DNA of 64,000 bases from the NCBI GenBank assembly GCA_949358305.1, contig OX442314.1, positions 26,350,001-26,414,000 of the forward strand, written 5' to 3'. Below, piece after piece: positions 11,344 through 25,310 of the stretch. Source of the stretch: Strigamia acuminata. Lineage: Eukaryota. A program made the translations under genes and the position numbers. Under the pieces are notes generated by a model. It saw only the letters and a program-made list of their open reading frames with translations, made no database searches and was not told where the DNA came from. Positions within the stretch are counted from its first letter, which is position 1, and the number at the start of each line of letters is the position of its first letter.

Positions 11344-14166
11344 CCGCGCTATGCCACACAATGTGCCGCCGCGATAGGCCATTGAACCCGAATGTGTGTG
11401 ATGCGAAACGCGCGAGTACGCGCGCGGAGAACGCGCGGCAATGCTAGCAACAGGAGCGCAACTGCCCAAGAAATTGCTCAACAATAAAAGGCACGTGGAA
11501 GCACGTGCCTGAAACAATAGGCACTTCAAATAAAGTTATTGTTAAAAAACGGGCTTGAAAACCAACAATTACACAATAATTAAGGGGCAAGAAATGAACT
11601 TTGCTGCAATGCAAAGTTCTCAAAATACAGAGAAATGAAAGTTACACTTGTATAAAGAATTGACAATGTTTGAAACCAATAAAAACTACAAAAACACACT
11701 TGTAAAAAACCCAAAACAACACCCAGAATGAATTATTTGACTCAAATTAACCCTAAAACAGTCTTGGAGGTCGTGCAGACGACAGAGTCGGATCGGAAGG
11801 TTGCTAAAACCTGACGCCAAAACTAGCAATGGGACAGCTAGTTAGAAAACAGCTTTTTCATCAATTATGAACGCTGAAAACCTCACCCAGGGGTAGAAAA
11901 TGATGGAGAGAACGTTTTCGCCATCTAAAACGGTCTAAAACGGGTCTAAAATGCCTAAACCGGCGCCTGGAACGTGGCGCAGTTGTTGGGTCAAATATTG
12001 TCAAAAATCAGTGGAAATTTGTCAAATACTGGCAAAAATCTGCTGAAATTTGTCAAAAATTGCCAAATTTTGGCGCAAGTTACGTGAGGTTTGCGCGCAT
12101 CCAACTATGACAAAAAATCCATGCGTGTGCACGCGCGATTTACTGGCGCGTTGGAAGCGTTAAAATAAATTTTTCCAATATCTAACACAATTTGCACCGA
12201 ATTATGGCAATTTTTGACAAATTTACATGGATTTTTGCCAGTATTTGACAAATTTCCACGGATTTTTGACAATATTTGACAAATTCCAGACAAATTTCAG
12301 ACAAATTTCAATTAATTTTAGAAATTTTATGAGAAATTTCAGCAAATGTTTGAGGATTGAGGAAATCTTCTGAAATTTGTCAAATATAGGCAAAAATCTT
12401 CTGAAATTTGTCAAATACAGGCAAAAATCTGCTGAAATTTGTCAAAAATTGCCCAAATTCCGTGCAAGTTTTGCAAGTTTTGCGCGCATCAAATCGTATG
12501 CGCGCCTATACTATTGCACGAGCGCATTGACGCGTGATGAACACCGACCACGTTTACGAAGTGAATTCGAGCTACAAAAGTATCGAGTCGCCATTCTATG
12601 ATGGAAAAAAAAAATTAAGTGTAAACAAACAAAATAAAAACTTTAATATACAAGAAACGTACAATTCCACTCAACTTTGTTTCAAATTTTATTTATTGGA
12701 TCATTGAAAATAAACAGTAGTGTTGTGCACTGTACGCTTAAGTGTATACCGGCGATGCGTTGTTTTGTGGTGGGGATTTGCCTCGATAATTGATCTTTTC
12801 TCTTTGTTTGCAATATTTTTTTGGCCTTTTTTGTTGATTTTTCGGTTTGAAATTGTTTTTTTCCGGTGTAATTTAAGTGGTGGAAGGTTGTTGGCGTGTG
12901 TTGAGGGTAATTTTGGCGGTTTTTGGGTCGGGATTAGTGTTTTCTGCGATTTTTGATCGGTATTTGGGGTTTGATGCAGCGGATAGCGCATGCGAATCGC
13001 CGTCGACCGTAGCATTAGCAATTGCAACCTGCCGCGCTATGCCACACAATGTGCCGCCGCGATAGGCCATCGAATCCGAATGTGTGTGATGCGAAACGCG
13101 AGTACGCGCGCGGAGAACGCGCGGCAATGCTAGCAACAGGAGCGCAACTGCCCAAGAAATTGCTCAACAATAAAAGGCACGTGGAAGCACGTGCCTGAAA
13201 CAATAGGCACTTCAAATAAAGTTATTGTTAAAAAACGGGCTTGAAAACCAACAATTACACAATAATTAAGGGGCAAGAAATGAACTTTGCTGCAATGCAA
13301 AGTTCTCAAAATACAGAGAAATGAAAGTTACACTTGTATAAAGAATTGACAATGTTTGAAACCAATAAAAACTACAAAAACACACTTGTAAAAAACCCAA
13401 AACAACCCCCAGAATGAATTATTTGACTCAAATTAACCCTAAAACGGTCTTGGAGGTCGTGCAGACGACAGAGTCGGATCGGAAGGTTGCTAAAACCTGA
13501 CGCCAAAACTAGCAATGGGACAGCTAGTTAGAAAACAGCTTTTTCATCAATCATGAACGCTGAAAACCTCACCCAGGGGTAGAAAATGATGGAGAGAACG
13601 TTTTCGCCATCTAAAACGGTCTAAAACGGGTCTAAAATGCCTAAACCGGCGCCTGGAACGTGGCGCAGTTGTTGGGTCAAATATTGTCAAAAATCAGTGG
13701 AAATTTGTCAAATACTGGCAAAAATCTGCTGAAATTTGTCAAAAATTGCCAAATTTTGGCGCAAGTTACGTGAGGTTTGCGCGCATCCAACTATGACGAA
13801 AAATCCACGCGTGTGCACGCGCGATTTACTGGCGCGTTGGAAGCGTTAAAATAAATTTTTCCAATATCTAACACAATTTGCACCGAATTATGGCAATTTT
13901 TGACAAATTTACATGGATTTTTGCCAGTATTTGACAAATTTCCACGGATTTTTGACAATATTTGACACATTCAAGACAAATTTCAGACAGATTTCAATTA
14001 ATTTTAGAAAATGTTTGAGAAATATCAGCAAATGTTTGAGGATTGAGGAAATCTGCTGAAATTTGTCAAATATAGACAAAAATCTGCTGAAATTTGTCAA
14101 ATATAGACAAAAATCTGCTGAAATTTGTAAAAAATTGCCCAAATTCGGTGCAAGTTTTGCAAGTTT
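11332..14166 (-). repeat. Full plus partial 1.69-kb unit, reverse orientation
   Basis: Mirror of 5545-8379. Confidence 0.92.
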
Positions 14167-14329
14167 GCAAACAGCAACAAGAATGATGTATTTAATAATT
14201 GTTTTTGCATTAGATATGTGTTTAATTCGTTTTACCTCGGTTTGTACGGTTCTTGCGCGTAGTGCGCACGTTCAACACGCGGCCACGCGCGTACATCGCG
14301 CGTGTTGCGAGCAGGACGCAACAAAAGTT

Positions 14330-14904
14330 TGAGAGACTCGCATTTTACCAAGTCCCCAACTTATTTTACAGTTTTAGTTTAGCTTACCAACTCGCTTGGT
14401 AATTTCTGGATCCTGTTTAAGTGTTTCGTCGGGTTTTGAGCCCATAAACCCGTCTTTTTCCTTGGTAAGCGATTGCGTCGTCTGCTCAGAGCAACTGGCT
14501 TTAAGCGGAGATCGCTTACACGAGTCTGGAATGAGCGCTTATCACCGCATTCGGCTCCAGTCTTCGTTTCTCGTTGAAAGTTAGCTTGTTGATTCGGGTT
14601 TTGGGCGACATTGACTAAAAAGACCTCGGGAATCGTTCCCACCACTCGGTTTAGTCGTTTTCGAGACCCACAACCTCGAAAACGAAGTTAGAAGTGGCTC
14701 AAGGCCACTAGCGTGTCTGGCAGATAGCCATTTTGGTGATTTACGGGCGTCGGGCCCTTGTTCTTTGTTTCCCGCCTTTGCTCCTTTGTTTTTATTTGGT
14801 ATTCAAGGTTCCTAAGCCTACAGTAGATTGGGATTAAATTCCCATGAAGATTTATTAAGTATTCATTGGTAAAAACGAATATTTCCGCCGGCGCGTTTCT
14901 CTCA
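14330..14904 (-). mobile_element. Solo-LTR-like segment, mirror copy
   Basis: Reverse complement of 4807-5381. Confidence 0.45.
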
Positions 14905-17795
14905 TAGGTTTCGGTTCGCTCGAATCTCATTTTTGAGCGACCCAGCGAATGCGCCAAGTTACAGGCGCCAGCTTAGCAGTTTTAGACTCGTTTTCGACCG
15001 TTCTAGTGTCAAAAAACGCGTAGAGCACATTTTGCGACCTTTGGAAGTGCTTTTCCGACACCTAAGTGGTCGGAAAAGTGCTCTTCTGAGTTAAGACTCC
15101 TTTTGGCATTTTAGCGTCAGCATAAGAAATTCCTCAAACTTTTATTGAAATCTCTCAAAAATTTCTAAAATTAATTGAAATTTGTCTGAAAATTGTCAAA
15201 TATTGGCAAAAATCTGCAGAAATTTGTCAAATACGCGATCGCATTGCGACAGAAAGTCGTTTACGACTCCAATACGCACCCGTGCGTGTTTGTATCGCAA
15301 CACGAAACTCAAACGCGCCACCGCGTTGCAAGACAACCAAATTTACAAACGCAAACGCGCATTTGAGACAAAAACGAGTTTATTTTATTCACTCTCGCTT
15401 GATCCCCCTTCATCGCGCCTCGTTGCTCCTGTGAAAAAAATATATGAGAATGCACAGAAATGAACCTTCCAATACTTACATGAAAATTGGCAACCTTGAC
15501 ACAAAACAGTCTATCGACACTCCCAACACCACCCCGGACATTTTTCGGAAGAGTATGGTCCACCCGGAATTCCCAGAATAGTCACCCCCAAAATGCGGAT
15601 TTCGCGGAAGCCAATCCGCGAAAAGGATATGTTTTTAGCGGCGCGCCGACGCGTGCGACACACGCTTCTGGAGTGCTTAACCTTATGGCGCGCATGCGGA
15701 TTTTGCGGAGTGCGAAAGGGACCCCATTTTTAACATTACGGCTGCCTATATGCTGATCCCCTGTTCGCAATTTTGCGGCGGATTTTGCGGATTTTGATCA
15801 ATCCGCAGAAATTGCACTTTACAAGTTTATTTTATGATTTTGTACCATTTTGTAACTTAAAAACACAAATGAACAATGTAATCACTCTATAATGCTGTTG
15901 GTTTAATCAGCACATTGTACTGCACAAAAACGCGCGCGCTCGCGATAGTACATCACCAAATGTACTTGCACTCACTCAAGTGGCATTTTTAGCCATTTTT
16001 CGTAGTAAAAATGGCCGTTTTTCGTCAAAATGGTCATTTTCAGCCATTTTTCATAGTGAAAATGGCTTTCTTCGTCGTTTTTTCTATAAAAAATGGCTGT
16101 TTTTCATCAAAAATGGCCGTTTTCATCATTGAAACGTTATAAAAATGTAACTTTTCAATGGCGTTTTGACGGAACCGATAAATTTTGAAATTTCACACAT
16201 TGAAACCCTAATACAGGTGAATTAGTGACGCCTAATTTGTTTTAACAAATAAAGCAAACTACATCTCGCAATTTTGCATCGTACCGCATCACCTCGCCTC
16301 ATTTCCGGTCTGGAAAATTAATGAAAATTAATAAACGCCCCGGCGTTTATTTGAGGCAATACGGCAATACGGCAATTGGAACCCGAAAATAACGTGGGGC
16401 TGTGTGAAAACCTGGATTTGAATTTCGTCAACGCGCGCGTTGACGCATGGGGAATGTGGGGGTCCCTTCCCAGTCAATTTCACCCCTAAAATATCCCGAA
16501 ATTGACGATACATGCATTTCCAGTTAGAAAAATTGAGCTTCATGTAAATTTTGATTGTTTAGCTTTTTTTTGAAATTTCACCAATTTTCCTTATCTCCAG
16601 CTTTCCTCGCTCATTTGACACCAAAATGACCTGCATTGAGGATTTTTCCCATAATCCTTTTCGCATGTATGGAGCGCAAACAGTCGCAATAAATGAATTC
16701 AGCGGAATTCGACCTTGAGTTTGCGACGCCATCTTGAATATGAGTAAAAGCACAGTATGGTGTCAATTATTCGAACTGATCGCGGAGCATGGGACAAAAA
16801 TTGAATAAAAACGAAGAAATATGATTAAAATTCAACAGAAATCTACACAAAATGATAAAAAATGTATAAACATTGATCAGAAATCGACAAAAATCGACTG
16901 AAACCTGACAATAATCAATTCAGAATGACAAATAACGATTACAATTGGCAAAAATTGATCAAAAATACAGAAAAATCGATTAAAAACCAGCAAAAAACGA
17001 ACAGAAATCGATAAAATCAATTAAAAATCAACAAATAGCCATTTTGTTTGTTTTTGAACAAATTAAGAACTTTGAAAACACACGACAATTTGAAAAAATA
17101 AAAACCGGGGTCAAATACGCGCAGCTACTCGTTTGAACGCCGGGGAGGTGTGGGTGATGTGCCTCGAATAAACGCCGGGGCGTTTATTTATTACCAAGGC
17201 GGGATGTGAGGCGCGAATGAAAGCCCAAGTTGGACATTGCCTCGAATAAACGCCGGGGCATTTATTTATTTCCAAGACGGGAAGTGAGGCGAGATGATGC
17301 GGTGCGACGTATTCAAGGGGGTATTCAAGGCAGTACGCCATGTTTTTCACTATTATTCAAGGCAGTATGCCATGTTTTCCACTATTATTCAAGGCCATGT
17401 TTTCCAGTATTTTATTTTTACCATTTTGTAAGTTTATTGCAATATGTATAAAGTTTATTGCTTTTTGTATGAAGAGTAGTATTCTTTGTGTAATGTGTCT
17501 TTATACACATCACACACAACGGTTTTTTCTGTTTTCTTCATGTTTATGTTTCGTGTATGCACGTGAAGCCCTGGCACATCTGTCGAACACCTGTACGCAT
17601 TTGGACGCGCTCAAGGCGCTACATCGCGTGCTGAAACGCGCTGACGGCGCTACATCACGCATAGTAGCATATATATCACACACATTTCGCGCCCACGACA
17701 AAGTACGAACTCATGGCGATCACCAAAGAACATTTACTTTTCCACACACGTTTTATTTTCTCACAGTCCTGTACACATTTAACTTGCGCGCGCAC

Positions 17796-20700
17796 TTGCT
17801 AATGCTACGGTCGACGGCGATTCGCATGCGCTATCCGCTGCATCAAACCCCAAATACCGATCAAAAATCGCAGAAAACACTAATCCCGACCCAAAAACCG
17901 CCAAAATTACCCTCAACACACGCCAACAACCTTCCACCACTTAAATTACACCGGAAAAAAACAATTTCAAACCGAAAAATCAACAAAAAAGGCCAAAAAA
18001 ATATTGCAAACAAAGAGAAAAGATCAATTATCGAGGCAAATCCCCACCACAAAACAACGCATCGCCGGTATACACTTAAGCGTACAGTGCACAACACTAC
18101 TGTTTATTTTCAATGATCCAATAAATAAAATTTGAAACAAAGTTGAGTGGAATTGTACGTTTCTTGTATATTAAAGTTTTTATTTTGTTTGTTTACACTT
18201 AATTTTTTTTTTCCATCATAGAATGGCGACTCGATACTTTTGTAGCTCGAATTCACTTCGTAAACGTGGTCGGTGTTCATCACGCGTCAATGCGCTCGTG
18301 CAATAGTATAGGCGCGCATACGATTTGATGCGCGCAAAACTTGCAAAACTTGCACGGAATTTGGGCAATTTTTGACAAATTTCAGCAGATTTTTGCCTGT
18401 ATTTGACAAATTTCAGAAGATTTTTGCCTATATTTGACAAATTTCAGAAGATTTCCTCAATCCTCAAACATTTGCTGAAATTTCTCATAAAATTTCAAAA
18501 ATTAATTGAAATTTGTCTGAAATTTGTCTGGAATTTGTCAAATATTGTCAAAAATCCGTGGAAATTTGTCAAATACTGGCAAAAATCCATGTAAATTTGT
18601 CAAAAATTGCCATAATTCGGTGCAAATTGTGTTAGATATTGGAAAAATTTATTTTAACGCTTCCAACGCGCCAGTAAATCGCGCGTGCACACGCATGGAT
18701 TTTTCGTCATAGTTGGATGCGCGCAAACCTCACGTAACTTGCGCCAAAATTTGGCAATTTTTGACAAATTTCAGCAGATTTTTGCCAGTATTTGACAAAT
18801 TTCCACTGATTTTTGACAATATTTGACCCAACAACTGCGCCACGTTCCAGGCGCCGGTTTAGGCATTTTAGACCCGTTTTAGACCGTTTTAGATGGCGAA
18901 AACGTTCTCTCCATCATTTTCTACCCCTGGGTGAGGTTTTCAGCGTTCATGATTGATGAAAAAGCTGTTTTCTAACTAGCTGTCCCATTGCTAGTTTTGG
19001 CGTCAGGTTTTAGCAACCTTCCGATCCGACTCTGTCGTCTGCACGACCTCCAAGACCGTTTTAGGGTTAATTTGAGTCAAATAATTCATTCTGGGGGTTG
19101 TTTTGGGTTTTTTACAAGTGTGTTTTTGTAGTTTTTATTGGTTTCAAACATTGTCAATTCTTTATACAAGTGTAACTTTCATTTCTCTGTATTTTGAGAA
19201 CTTTGCATTGCAGCAAAGTTCATTTCTTGCCCCTTAATTATTGTGTAATTGTTGGTTTTCAAGCCCGTTTTTTAACAATAACTTTATTTGAAGTGCCTAT
19301 TGTTTCAGGCACGTGCCTTTTATTGTTGAGCAATTTCTTGGGCAGTTGCGCTCCTGTTGCTAGCATTGCCGCGCGTTCTCCGCGCGCGTACTCGCGTTTC
19401 GCATCACACACATTCGGATTCGATGGCATATCGCGGCGGCACATTGTGTGGCATAGCGCGGCACGTTGCAATTGCTAATGCTACGGTCGACGGCGATTCG
19501 CATGCGCTATCCGCTGCATCAAACCCCAAATACCGATAAAAAATCGCAGAAAACACTAATCCCGACCCAAAAACCGCCAAAATTACCCTCAACACACGCC
19601 AACAACCTTCCACCACTTAAATTACACCGGAAAAAAACAATTTCAAACCGAAAAATCAACAAAAAAGGCCAAAAAAATATTGCAAACAAAGAGAAAAGAT
19701 CAATTATCGAGGCAAATCCCCACCACAAAACAACGCATCGCCGGTATACACTTAAGCGTACAGTGCACAACACTACTGTTTATTTTCAATGATCCAATAA
19801 ATAAAATTTGAAACAAAGTTGAGTGGAATTGTACGTTTCTTGTATATTAAAGTTTTTATTTTGTTTGTTTACACTTAATTTTTTTTTTCCATCATAGAAT
19901 GGCGACTCGATACTTTTGTAGCTCGAATTCACTTCGTAAACGTGGTCGGTGTTCATCACGCGTCAATGCGCTCGTGCAATAGTATAGGCGCGCATACGAT
20001 TTGATGCGCGCAAAACTTGCAAAACTTGCACGGAATTTGGGCAATTTTTGACAAATTTCAGCAGATTTTTGCCTGTATTTGACAAATTTCAGAAGATTTT
20101 TGCCTATATTTGACAAATTTCAGAAGATTTCCTCAATCCTCAAACATTTGCTGAAATTTCTCATAAAATTTCAAAAATTAATTGAAATTTGTCTGAAATT
20201 TGTCTGGAATTTGTCAAATATTGTCAAAAATCCGTGGAAATTTGTCAAATACTGGCAAAAATCCATGTAAATTTGTCAAAAATTGCCATAATTCGGTGCA
20301 AATTGTGTTAGATATTGGAAAAATTTATTTTAACGCTTCCAACGCGCCAGTAAATCGCGCGTGCACACGCATGGATTTTTCGTCATAGTTGGATGCGCGC
20401 AAACCTCACGTAACTTGCGCCAAAATTTGGCAATTTTTGACAAATTTCAGCAGATTTTTGCCAGTATTTGACAAATTTCCACTGATTTTTGACAATATTT
20501 GACCCAACAACTGCGCCACGTTCCAGGCGCCGGTTTAGGCATTTTAGACCCGTTTTAGACCGTTTTAGATGGCGAAAACGTTCTCTCCATCATTTTCTAC
20601 CCCTGGGTGAGGTTTTCAGCGTTCATGATTGATGAAAAAGCTGTTTTCTAACTAGCTGTCCCATTGCTAGTTTTGGCGTCAGGTTTTAGCAACCTTCCGA

Positions 20701-23700
20701 TCCGACTCTGTCGTCTGCACGACCTCCAAGACCGTTTTAGGGTTAATTTGAGTCAAATAATTCATTCTGGGGGTTGTTTTGGGTTTTTTACAAGTGTGTT
20801 TTTGTAGTTTTTATTGGTTTCAAACATTGTCAATTCTTTATACAAGCGTAACTTTCATTTCTCTGTATTTTGAGAACTTTGCATTGCAGCAAAGTTCATT
20901 TCTTGCCCCTTAATTATTGTGTAATTGTTGGTTTTCAGGCCCATTTTTTAACAATAACTTTATTTGAAGTGCCTATTGTTTCAGGCACGTGCCTTTTATT
21001 GTTGAGCAATTTCTTGGGCAGTTGCGCTCCTGTTGCTAGCATTGCCGCGCGTTCTCCGCGCGCGTACTCGCGTTTCGCATCACACACATTCGGATTCGAT
21101 GGCATATCGCGGCGGCACATTGTGTGGCATAGCGCGGCACGTTGCAATTGCTAATGCTACGGTCGACGGCGTTTCGCATGCGCTATCCGCTGCATCAAAC
21201 CCCAAATACCGATAAAAAATCGCAGAAAACACTAATCCCGACCCAAAAACCGCCAAAATTACCCTCAACACACGCCAACAACCTTCCACCACTTAAATTA
21301 CACCGGAAAAAAACAATTTCAAACCGAAAAATCAACAAAAAAGGCCAAAAAAATATTGCAAACAAAGAGAAAAGATCAATTATCGAGGCAAATCCCCACC
21401 ACAAAACAACGCATCGCCGGTATACACTTAAGCGTACAGTGCACAACACTACTGTTTATTTTCAATGATCCAATAAATAAAATTTGAAACAAAGTTGAGT
21501 GGAATTGTACGTTTCTTGTATATTAAAGTTTTTATTTTGTTTGTTTACACTTAATTTTTTTTTTCCATCATAGAATGGCGACTCGATACTTTTGTAGCTC
21601 GAATTCACTTCGTAAACGTGGTCGGTGTTCATCACGCGTCAATGCGCTCGTGCAATAGTATAGGCGCGCATACGATTTGATGCGCGCAAAACTTGCAAAA
21701 CTTGCACGGAATTTGGGCAATTTTTGACAAATTTCAGCAGATTTTTGCCTGTATTTGACAAATTTCAGAAGATTTTTGCCTATATTTGACAAATTTCAGA
21801 AGATTTCCTCAATCCTCAAACATTTGCTGAAATTTCTCATAAAATTTCAAAAATTAATTGAAATTTGTCTGAAATTTGTCTGGAATTTGTCAAATATTGT
21901 CAAAAATCCGTGGAAATTTGTCAAATACTGGCAAAAATCCATGTAAATTTGTCAAAAATTGCCATAATTCGGTGCAAATTGTGTTAGATATTGGAAAAAT
22001 TTATTTTAACGCTTCCAACGCGCCAGTAAATCGCGCGTGCACACGCATGGATTTTTCGTCATAGTTGGATGCGCGCAAACCTCACGTAACTTGCGCCAAA
22101 ATTTGGCAATTTTTGACAAATTTCAGCAGATTTTTGCCAGTATTTGACAAATTTCCACTGATTTTTGACAATATTTGACCCAACAACTGCGCCACGTTCC
22201 AGGTGCCGGTTTAGGCATTTTAGACCCGTTTTAGACCGTTTTAGATGGCGAAAACGTTCTCTCCATCATTTTCTACCCCTGGGTGAGGTTTTCAGCGTTC
22301 ATGATTGATGAAAAAGCTGTTTTCTAACTAGCTGTCCCATTGCTAGTTTTGGCGTCAGGTTTTAGCAACCTTCCGATCCGACTCTGTCGTCTGCACGACC
22401 TCCAAGACCGTTTTAGGGTTAATTTGAGTCAAATAATTCATTCTGGGGGTTGTTTTGGGTTTTTTACAAGTGTGTTTTTGTAGTTTTTATTGGTTTCAAA
22501 CATTGTCAATTCTTTATACAAGTGTAACTTTCATTTCTCTGTATTTTGAGAACTTTGCATTGCAGCAAAGTTCATTTCTTGCCCCTTAATTATTGTGTAA
22601 TTGTTGGTTTTCAAGCCCGTTTTTTAACAATAACTTTATTTGAAGTGCCTATTGTTTCAGGCACGTGCTTCCACGTGCCTTTTATTGTTGAGCAATTTCT
22701 TGGGCAGTTGCGCTCCTGTTGCTAGCATTGCCGCGCGTTCTCCGCGCGCGTACTCGCGTTTCGCATCACACACATTCGGATTCGATGGCCTATCGCGGCG
22801 GCACATTGTGTGGCATAGCGCGGCAGGTTGCAATTGCTAATGCTACGGTCGACGGCGATTCGCATGCGCTATCCGCTGCATCAAACCCCAAATACCGATC
22901 AAAAATCGCAGAAAACACTAATCCCGACCCAAAAACCGCCAAAATTACCCTCAACACACGCCAACAACCTTCCACCACTTAAATTACACCGGAAAAAAAC
23001 AATTTCAAACCGAAAAATCAACAAAAAAGGCCAAAAAAATATTGCAAACAAAGAGAAAAGATCAATTATCGAGGCAAATCCCCACCACAAAACAACGCAT
23101 CGCCGGTATACACTTAAGCGTACAGTGCACAACACTACTGTTTATTTTCAATGATCCAATAAATAAAATTTGAAACAAAGTTGAGTGGAATTGTACGTTT
23201 CTTGTATATTAAAGTTTTTATTTTGTTTGTTTACACTTAATTTTTTTTTTCCATCATAGAATGGCGACTCGATACTTTTGTAGCTCGAATTCACTTCGTA
23301 AACGTGGTCGGTGTTCATCACGCGTCAATGCGCTCGTGCAATAGTATAGGCGCGCATACGATTTGATGCGCGCAAAACTTGCAAAACTTGCACGGAATTT
23401 GGGCAATTTTTGACAAATTTCAGCAGATTTTTGCCTGTATTTGACAAATTTCAGAAGATTTTTGCCTATATTTGACAAATTTCAGAAGATTTCCTCAATC
23501 CTCAAACATTTGCTGAAATTTCTCATAAAATTTCTAAAATTAATTGAAATTTGTCTGAAATTTGTCTGGAATTTGTCAAATATTGTCAAAAATCCGTGGA
23601 AATTTGTCAAATACTGGCAAAAATCCATGTAAATTTGTCAAAAATTGCCATAATTCGGTGCAAATTGTGTTAGATATTGGAAAAATTTATTTTAACGCTT

Positions 23701-24523
23701 CCAACGCGCCAGTAAATCGCGCGTGCACACGCATGGATTTTTTGTCATAGTTGGATGCGCGCAAACCTCACGTAACTTGCGCCAAAATTTGGCAATTTTT
23801 GACAAATTTCAGCAGATTTTTGCCAGTATTTGACAAATTTCCACTGATTTTTGACAATATTTGACCCAACAACTGCGCCACGTTCCAGGCGCCGGTTTAG
23901 GCATTTTAGACCCGTTTTAGACCGTTTTAGATGGCGAAAACGTTCTCTCCATCATTTTCTACCCCTGGGTGAGGTTTTCAGCGTTCATAATTGATGAAAA
24001 AGCTGTTTTCTAACTAGCTGTCCCATTGCTAGTTTTGGCGTCAGGTTTTAGCAACCTTCCGATCCGACTCTGTCGTCTGCACGACCTCCAAGACTGTTTT
24101 AGGGTTAATTTGAGTCAAATAATTCATTCTGGGTGTTGTTTTGGGTTTTTTACAAGTGTGTTTTTGTAGTTTTTATTGGTTTCAAACATTGTCAATTCTT
24201 TATACAAGTGTAACTTTCATTTCTCTGTATTTTGAGAACTTTGCATTGCAGCAAAGTTCATTTCTTGCCCCTTAATTATTGTGTAATTGTTGGTTTTCAA
24301 GCCCGTTTTTTAACAATAACTTTATTTGAAGTGCCTATTGTTTCAGGCACGTGCTTCCACGTGCCTTTTATTGTTGAGCAATTTCTTGGGCAGTTGCGCT
24401 CCTGTTGCTAGCATTGCCGCGCGTTCTCCGCGCGCGTACTCGCGCGTTTCGCATCACACACATTCGGGTTCAATGGCCTATCGCGGCGGCACATTGTGTG
24501 GCATAGCGCGGCACGTTGCAATT
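17796..24523 (+). repeat. Tandem array of four ~1.68-kb units
   Basis: TTGCTAATGCTACGGTCGAC starts at 17796, 19472, 21148 and 22834 (periods 1676, 1676, 1686; last unit ~1688). Units differ by SNPs and a 10-bp insertion (GCTTCCACGT). Confidence 0.97.
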
Positions 24524-24599
24524 ACGTGACGTGGCACGTTGCTGTTACGTGACGCGATAGCCAGTATTTAAGCAGGGGATTCCATCATCGTTTACACAA
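24512..24599 (+). promoter_or_regulatory. Putative promoter, third copy
   Basis: Same sequence as 8368-8455; TATTTAA at 24565. Confidence 0.5.
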
Positions 24600-24662
24600 A
24601 TGCGCATTGCAACGTGGAGGCGCATTCGAGTCCTTTTCCCAAGCGTTGAAAAAGGACAAAAC

Positions 24663-25310
24663 TCGTATTCGATTCGAAAGCGAATCGAATACGATTTTTG
24701 TCCTTTTTCAACGCAAAATTGTATTCGATTCGCTTTCGAATCGAATACGAGTTTTGCCCTTCTTCAACACGAAATCGTATTCGACTCGCTTTCGAGTCGA
24801 ATGCGAATTTTTCCCTTCTTCAACGCGAAATCGTATTCGACTCGTTTTCGAGTCGAGTACGAGTTTTGCCCTTCTTCAACGCGAAATCGTATTCGACTCG
24901 TTTTCGAGTCGAATACGAGTTTTGCCCTTCTTCAACGCGAAATCGTATTCGACTCGTTTTCGAGTCGAGTACGAGTTTTGCCCTTCTTCAACGCGAAATC
25001 GTATTCGACTCGTTTTCGAGTCGAGTACGAGTTTTGCCCTTCTTCAACGCGAAATCGTATTCGACTCGTTTTCGAGTCGAATACGAGTTTTGCCCTTCTT
25101 CAACGCGAAATCGTATTCGACTCGTTTTCGAGTCGAGTACGAGTTTTGCCCTTCTTCAACGCGAAATCGTATTCGACTCGTTTTCGAGTCGAATACGAGT
25201 TTTGCCCTTCTTCAACGCGAAATCGTATTCGACTCGTTTTCGAGTCGAGTACGAGTTTTGCCCTTCTTCAACGCGAAATCGTATTCGACTCGTTTTCGAG
25301 TCGAATACGA
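24663..25310 (+). repeat. 56-bp stem-loop array, 12 units
   Basis: Inverse of 10545-11192, with a private G>A at 24769. Confidence 0.95.

Larger units (their letters stand above)
1..19710. repeat. Giant palindrome (arms ~1-8886 and ~10825-19710, asymmetric centre); probably continues left of the window
   Basis: ORF-track entries have opposite-strand twins with coordinates summing to 19711 (95..307+ / 19404..19616-, 1595..2371- / 17340..18116+, 8182..8385+ / 11326..11529-). Spot-checked bases agree. Confidence 0.97.
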
